Source: a bacterium (GTDB lineage Bacteria; Bacillota_I; Bacilli_A; RFN20; CAG-288). Taken from it: DNA of 64,000 nucleotides. The stretch lies in assembly GCA_963643715.1 (NCBI GenBank), contig CAVILQ010000009.1, positions 4,520-68,519 of the forward strand. Reading direction: 5' to 3'. The notes under the pieces were generated by a model. That model ran no database searches. It saw nothing but the letters and a program-made list of their open reading frames with translations, and was not told the origin of the DNA. A program made the position numbers and the translations under genes. Positions 59,044 to 64,000 of the stretch are shown here, piece by piece. Position 1 is the first letter of the stretch. Every line of letters starts with the position of its first letter.

Positions 59044-59712
59044 ATGGCACAATTAGATGAAACGGATGTTAGCCTAGAAAACAAAGAAGGAAGAAGTGTG
59101 CATGTTATCGACAAAAAAGTACCGGTAGAACTGAATACGACAGACAAGGTTGTCAACGTCGCCGTCTGGTTTTTATTCATCATCGGAGGTGTCGCATACA
59201 CAATCAAGAAGAACCATGCCCGTTCCTATTTCAAACAACTAGAGCAGAAAATCCAGCATGATGCTTCAACTATTGATAACTATATGGAGCAGCGAGTCAT
59301 CATTCTTCAGAACACAGCAAAACTGATTGATAAAGCTGTTTCTTTAGACAAAGAGACCTTTGTCGATGTAGCCAAAGCACGTAATGGCATCTCTTCCGAC
59401 AATGACCTAGCCAGAAACGAACTACAAGAGAATCTGGACACAGTTCAAAAATCTCTCAATGTCGTCTTAGAAAGATATCCCGAACTAAAGGCACACCAAG
59501 AAATCCAGGACGCCTTACAGCAAAACTCCTATCTCCAACAGGAAATCACTGCAGCAAGAGAAGTTTACAATGACTCTGTTGCAAAGTGGAACACTGAAAT
59601 CTTTACCCTTTGGGCAAAAAAATATGTTGCTGCTAAAGAAAGATATACAACTCGAATTCCATTCATTGCTTCAAAAGAAATTAAAGACAAATCCGCAGGC
59701 GTTTTCTTCTAA
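59044..59712 (+). CDS. LemA-family protein
   Basis: Single N-terminal TM plus helical LemA-like pattern (ARNELQENLD..., ...WNTEIFT...); 222 aa. Confidence 0.65.
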   Translation: MAQLDETDVSLENKEGRSVHVIDKKVPVELNTTDKVVNVAVWFLFIIGGVAYTIKKNHARSYFKQLEQKIQHDASTIDNYMEQRVIILQNTAKLIDKAVSLDKETFVDVAKARNGISSDNDLARNELQENLDTVQKSLNVVLERYPELKAHQEIQDALQQNSYLQQEITAAREVYNDSVAKWNTEIFTLWAKKYVAAKERYTTRIPFIASKEIKDKSAGVFF

Positions 59713-60001
59713 ATTTTTAGAGTTTCTTACTGCATTTCAAATTATTATTCAACAACCTTCAATATCGATCAAACACGCAATTGTCTCAACAAAAAAAACA
59801 TCATTTCGAATATTTCGTGTTTTCATATTGCACTATTGATATGAGCTTCGCCTCTCTAGTTGAACACTAGAGAGGTTTTCAGTATAGACCTACCCAAAAC
59901 AAGTGCTGCTCTTGCTTTACCTTTCAGATTTCTGGTTATTTTTTCTATTTTCATCTCATTTTGATGAAATTCAGTCCATAAAAAAGTAAAATATCTTAGT
60001 T

Positions 60002-60466
60002 ATGAAAGAAAAAATACTAGTATCAGCATGTCTTATCGGTGAAAACTGCAGATATGACGGAAAAAACAATCTAAAAAAAGAAATACTTGCCTTGACCAAG
60101 TACTATGACTTGATTCCGATTTGTCCGGAAGTCAATGGTGGCATGAAAACACCTAGACTGAACTCTGAGATAGTCGGAGACAAAGTCATCAATGCCAGAG
60201 GGAAAGATGAAACTCAGTTCTATTATGATGGCGCCTACTGGGCGACATCCATCGCTAGAATCTACAATATCAAACTAGCTATCATGAAAGAGAGAAGTCC
60301 AAGTTGTGGATGCAAGGTGATACACAATGGAAAGTTTGATGGTAAAGTCATTCCTGGCAAAGGAATCACTGTCAGACAATTAGAAAAAATCGGAGTTAAA
60401 GTCATCGACGAAGATGATGCAATAGAACTACTAAAACAATTGGAGGAAAAAAACAATGTTCAATGA
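60002..60466 (+). CDS. DUF523-family protein (TudS-like Cys-rich)
   Basis: ILVSACLIGENCRYDG, CPE and SPSCGC Cys motifs typical of DUF523; 154 aa. Confidence 0.65.
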   Translation: MKEKILVSACLIGENCRYDGKNNLKKEILALTKYYDLIPICPEVNGGMKTPRLNSEIVGDKVINARGKDETQFYYDGAYWATSIARIYNIKLAIMKERSPSCGCKVIHNGKFDGKVIPGKGITVRQLEKIGVKVIDEDDAIELLKQLEEKNNVQ

Positions 60467-61574
60467 TCAACAGTTCACACAGGAAATCAAATCCAAACCC
60501 TATGTCATCAAACAGATGTCAGAGATTCTAAACAATTCTGAATACAAGACTCTTCGCGATAATCTTGCAAAGAAGAGAAAAACAAACACCATCATCATTC
60601 TCATTCTCGGTTTGGTCATTGCTGTCGTTGCTTTCTTTGCCGGATGGGTGGTATCTGAAAAACAGATTTTTGTTGGTATCATACCTGCCGTCATCGTTTT
60701 ACTCGCCACTTTAGGCGGTGTCTATGTTGTTTATAGAAACGCAAAGAAGAATTATACTTCCGTAATCGCACCACAGATCATCGAAGCATTATATGGCCCA
60801 AAAGCCAATTACAATCCAAACGGCGGATATGCAAGAGATTACCTTGTTGGCATTGATTGCTTCCCTGTCAACAGATTGAATCAGGACACCTTGATTGAAG
60901 GCCATTACTTCGGTATTCCTTTCACTATTGCCAATGTTGAATCCTATCACTATGAAACTAGAGGAACCGGAAAGAATGCACATGAAGAGAAGGTCACCGA
61001 CTTCTATGGTTCTGTTATGTCCTTCAAGATGAATAAGCCATCTGAATCCACTATCAAAGTCGTTGAAGGATCAAACCTCTTCAAAGGAAAAACAATCGAT
61101 TTCGAAAGTTCTGCCTTCAACAAGAAGTTCAACGCCTATTGCGATGATAGAGAACACGCCTTCTATATCATCACTCCTCAGCTTCAGTTAGCTATGCTCG
61201 ATATTGAAAAAGCTCTTCCGGGCGGATTGAAATTCATCTTCCGCGGACAGGAACTTGTTCTTGTCGCATCTAGCAATACAACATCCTTCAAAGGTGTCGA
61301 TATCAAGAAGTCTGATAACCACAACATCAACGCTATCTTAGATGATATCTTGGGTCCTGCCTTCATCATCGAAAAGATGAATTTAGACCACAAGTTCTTC
61401 CTTAATGAAAGTGATTTGAATAGTGGCTCAACTGAAACCAAAAAAGATGATGACAACACAATTCTTTCTGATGAAGATGTCGCTTCTATCAAGAAAGCTG
61501 TCAAAGACGACACCGGTATAACAAAAGAAGATATCGATAAGGTCAAAGAGACAATCGATTCAGAAAATAAATGA
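60456..61574 (+). CDS. hypothetical two-TM membrane protein (paralogue of 57111-58976; DUF3137-like)
   Basis: Same architecture as 57111-58976 and alignable blocks with it (G.YFGIPFTIANVESYHYETRG vs G.QRYVGSLTITWETYSTNSKG; F.IITPQL.LAML vs F.LLFTPLAEKNML). Confidence 0.5.
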   Translation: MFNDQQFTQEIKSKPYVIKQMSEILNNSEYKTLRDNLAKKRKTNTIIILILGLVIAVVAFFAGWVVSEKQIFVGIIPAVIVLLATLGGVYVVYRNAKKNYTSVIAPQIIEALYGPKANYNPNGGYARDYLVGIDCFPVNRLNQDTLIEGHYFGIPFTIANVESYHYETRGTGKNAHEEKVTDFYGSVMSFKMNKPSESTIKVVEGSNLFKGKTIDFESSAFNKKFNAYCDDREHAFYIITPQLQLAMLDIEKALPGGLKFIFRGQELVLVASSNTTSFKGVDIKKSDNHNINAILDDILGPAFIIEKMNLDHKFFLNESDLNSGSTETKKDDDNTILSDEDVASIKKAVKDDTGITKEDIDKVKETIDSENK

Positions 61575-62563
61575 AACCCTTCTCCATTGCAGGAATCGAA
61601 ATCAAAAACAGATACGTTCTAGCTCCCTTAGCTGGATTTACCGACTACGCCATGAGAAAGCTTTCTTACGATTATGGCGCAGGTCTTTTATATACCGAAA
61701 TGGAGTCTTGCGAAGCTCTCTGTTTCGATTCAAAGCTAACAATCGAAGATATCAAGAATACAAAACTGGATAAAGCAAATTGCCCCGATGGAAAACTGGC
61801 TTTACAGATTTTCGGCGGAAAGGAAGAGTCCATTCTAAAATCCATACCAATAGTAGAAAAATACGGGGACTATGATTTCCTTGATTTCAACTGTGGTTGT
61901 CCTGTACCGAAAGTCATCAAACAGCACGCAGGAAGCTATTGGCTCAATCGAGAGGATGAACTCATTCCGCTTCTGAAAAGAATGGTTTCCATTTCATCAA
62001 AGCCTGTCATTGTCAAAATCCGTATCGGATATACACAGATTCAGGATATCGTACCGTTATGTAAAAGAATTGAAGATGCCGGTGTCAAAGCTATCGCCGT
62101 ACACGGAAGAACAAGGAACGAGTTCTTCTCCTCTCCTGTTCATTATGATGTCATAAAGGATATCAAGAAGAATGTATCCATCCCTGTGATTGCCAACGGG
62201 GAAATCACCGAGGATAATTTCGTTAATGTCTTAAACGAAACGAATGCCGATGCTGTCATGATTGGTCAACACGCCATCGGATATCCAAAGATATTTCGCG
62301 ACATGATTGCAAAGGAAGAGAATAGACTAGTAGCGGAAAAGACATTATCTAGTCAGTTAAACGATTTAAGAAAGCATCTTGATCTGATCTTCTCTATCAA
62401 AGACGAAAGAAGCGCATCCTCTATCATGAGAAGCTTTGCTGTCAACTACGTTAAAGGATTCTCTGATAGCAAGAAGTATCGAAATCTATTGGTTCACTGC
62501 TCTAGCAAGGAAGAATATTTTTCTGTTATCCAGTCCATTGAAGACGAATTTTATGCTCAATAA
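61571..62563 (+). CDS. tRNA-dihydrouridine synthase
   Basis: LAPLAGFTD N-terminus and an FMN-binding TIM-barrel pattern (VKIRIG; AVHGRTR). Confidence 0.85.
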   Translation: MKPFSIAGIEIKNRYVLAPLAGFTDYAMRKLSYDYGAGLLYTEMESCEALCFDSKLTIEDIKNTKLDKANCPDGKLALQIFGGKEESILKSIPIVEKYGDYDFLDFNCGCPVPKVIKQHAGSYWLNREDELIPLLKRMVSISSKPVIVKIRIGYTQIQDIVPLCKRIEDAGVKAIAVHGRTRNEFFSSPVHYDVIKDIKKNVSIPVIANGEITEDNFVNVLNETNADAVMIGQHAIGYPKIFRDMIAKEENRLVAEKTLSSQLNDLRKHLDLIFSIKDERSASSIMRSFAVNYVKGFSDSKKYRNLLVHCSSKEEYFSVIQSIEDEFYAQ

Positions 62564-62685
62564 ATGCTTACTTGAGCATTTTAGACCTAGTACCATTCAA
62601 AAATTGTATTTTTTGTGATTAAAATACGCAAAGTATCTACATTTTAAAGATTAAAAATAGTAAAATAGCTTACGGAGATTTTAAT

Positions 62686-63474
62686 ATGAGCTTCAAAACA
62701 CGTGATAGTGAAATTCTAAGACTATTGGATGAAAGTCCAAGCCAATTCGTCGCCGTTGAAAATTTAGCCGAATATTTCAAGACAAGCGAATCAACCATCA
62801 GAAGAGACCTGCAGAGAATGGCATCTCAGCACCAGCTTATGAGAGTTCATGGCGGTGCAGCAAGCCTTCACTTCTCTGGAAACTTCAAGTTCGATCGTTT
62901 GGACAAGGAATATCTCGAAAGAGAAAGAACGGAACCCGAAATAAAAAAATACATTGCAAAGAAAGCGGCATCCTTTGTCAAAGATAGTTCCTGCATCTAT
63001 CTCGATGCATCCACGACTGTCGCTAGCATGATTCCGTACCTTCCTACACATAAGAACATCTGTTATGTCACCAACTCACCGCTTCTAGCACAGAAGCTGA
63101 CTGAAAAAGGCATGACTTGCTATGTGACAGGCGGTGAACTCAAACTTACAACAAACGCATTCATTGGTTCCTATGCTTTGGAGTTTTTGAAGAGATTCAA
63201 TTTCGATATTGGATTCTTTGGAACCAACGGCATTCATCCTCAGGCTAAGTTCACAACACCTGACCCTCAGGAATGCGCCATCAAATCCGCAGCCATCAAC
63301 AAATGCTTCGCTTCCTATATCTTAGCAGATCATACGAAGTTCGATCGTATCGCAACGGCAACATTCTCAGACTTCTCTCGTCCTATCATCATCACAGAAC
63401 AGATTGAAGAAAAATACAAATCCATTGCGAAAATGATTAAAGTCGACATTCCGAAAAAAGAACCACTTAACTGA
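62686..63474 (+). CDS. DeoR-family transcriptional regulator (FruR/LacR-like)
   Basis: N-terminal DeoR HTH (STIRRDLQRMASQHQLMRVHGGA) plus a DeoR C-terminal sensor domain. Lies immediately upstream of a 1-phosphofructokinase gene. Confidence 0.8.
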   Translation: MSFKTRDSEILRLLDESPSQFVAVENLAEYFKTSESTIRRDLQRMASQHQLMRVHGGAASLHFSGNFKFDRLDKEYLERERTEPEIKKYIAKKAASFVKDSSCIYLDASTTVASMIPYLPTHKNICYVTNSPLLAQKLTEKGMTCYVTGGELKLTTNAFIGSYALEFLKRFNFDIGFFGTNGIHPQAKFTTPDPQECAIKSAAINKCFASYILADHTKFDRIATATFSDFSRPIIITEQIEEKYKSIAKMIKVDIPKKEPLN

Positions 63475-63496
63475 TTACAAGGAGAATTTATATAAA

Positions 63497-64000
63497 ATGA
63501 TTTACTCACTTACAATTGCACCGGCTATGGATTATAGCCTCAACTTAGGAGATAAGGAACTCAACATCGGTTGCACAAACCGTCTTAAGGAAGGTGTCAT
63601 GTCCTTAGGCGGAAAAGGCATCACTGTCGCTAGAATGCTGAACAACCTCCGTGTCAAGAACATTCCGATCGTCGCTGTCGGCGGCTCTATGGGAAAACAG
63701 ATGAAGGACATCATCGACAAGGAATATGATAAAGCCATTTATCTTCCTACCAAAGGTGATTCCCGTCTCAATGTCATGATCACCGGAACACATCAGGACA
63801 CACGTTTCAACGTCGAAGCTCCAAAGGTTACAGACAAAGGCATGGAGAAGCTCTACACCTACTTAAAGAAGAACCTCAAGAAAGGTGATATCCTCATTCT
63901 CGCAGGTTCCTGTGGTCAGGAAGGCAGCGGACTCTATGCAAAGATCATCTCTGAATATTGCAATCCTGTCGGCGCACTTGCCATCTTAGACACAACTGGT
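63497..64000 (+). CDS. fruK: 1-phosphofructokinase (PfkB family), 5' part; continues beyond the window
   Basis: MIYSLTIAPAMDYSL...GGKGI..A motif typical of FruK/PfkB; no stop before the window end. Confidence 0.75.
   Translation, partial: MIYSLTIAPAMDYSLNLGDKELNIGCTNRLKEGVMSLGGKGITVARMLNNLRVKNIPIVAVGGSMGKQMKDIIDKEYDKAIYLPTKGDSRLNVMITGTHQDTRFNVEAPKVTDKGMEKLYTYLKKNLKKGDILILAGSCGQEGSGLYAKIISEYCNPVGALAILDTTG

Overview
This window looks like a low-GC Firmicutes chromosome (roughly 35-40% GC by eye; an Erysipelotrichaceae/Clostridia-like gene repertoire is only an impression). Housekeeping genes are trpS, an SRP RNA, a TadA-like deaminase, prfA-prmC, the conserved dnaX-ybaB-recR-tmk-holB-yaaT-rsmI block, glpK, ldhD, dus and the start of a fruR-fruK fructose operon. 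Three accessory regions stand out. (1) 8.9-26 kb is a sugar-utilization locus: nagA, nagB, a phosphohexomutase, a GH94 glycoside phosphorylase, a GH16 lipoprotein, an ABC transporter, a 1046-aa GLUG-repeat lipoprotein and a ROK regulator. (2) 46.3-52.1 kb is a compositionally foreign (high-GC) RHS/YD-repeat polymorphic-toxin gene. Its C-terminal ~180 aa form a hydrophobic multi-helix domain that returns to the low GC of its surroundings. A translationally coupled two-TM protein and a downstream paralogue follow it and are candidate immunity genes. An array of TTGCCAA heptamers lies upstream. No secretion machinery is visible in the window. (3) 5.8-6.6 kb holds a high-GC IS256-family transposase remnant with a perfect 34-bp palindrome and a 33-bp tandem duplication. 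Other notable items: an HPr-fold protein lacking His15 but keeping Ser46 (Crh-like), an in-frame MATE efflux / cytidylate-kinase-like fusion, a GT-C (PMT/ArnT-like) glycosyltransferase, a LemA gene flanked by two paralogous two-TM proteins, and a terminator-containing leader upstream of a nucleobase permease. Nothing here comes from a database search; all calls are from motif recognition and reading the sequence.
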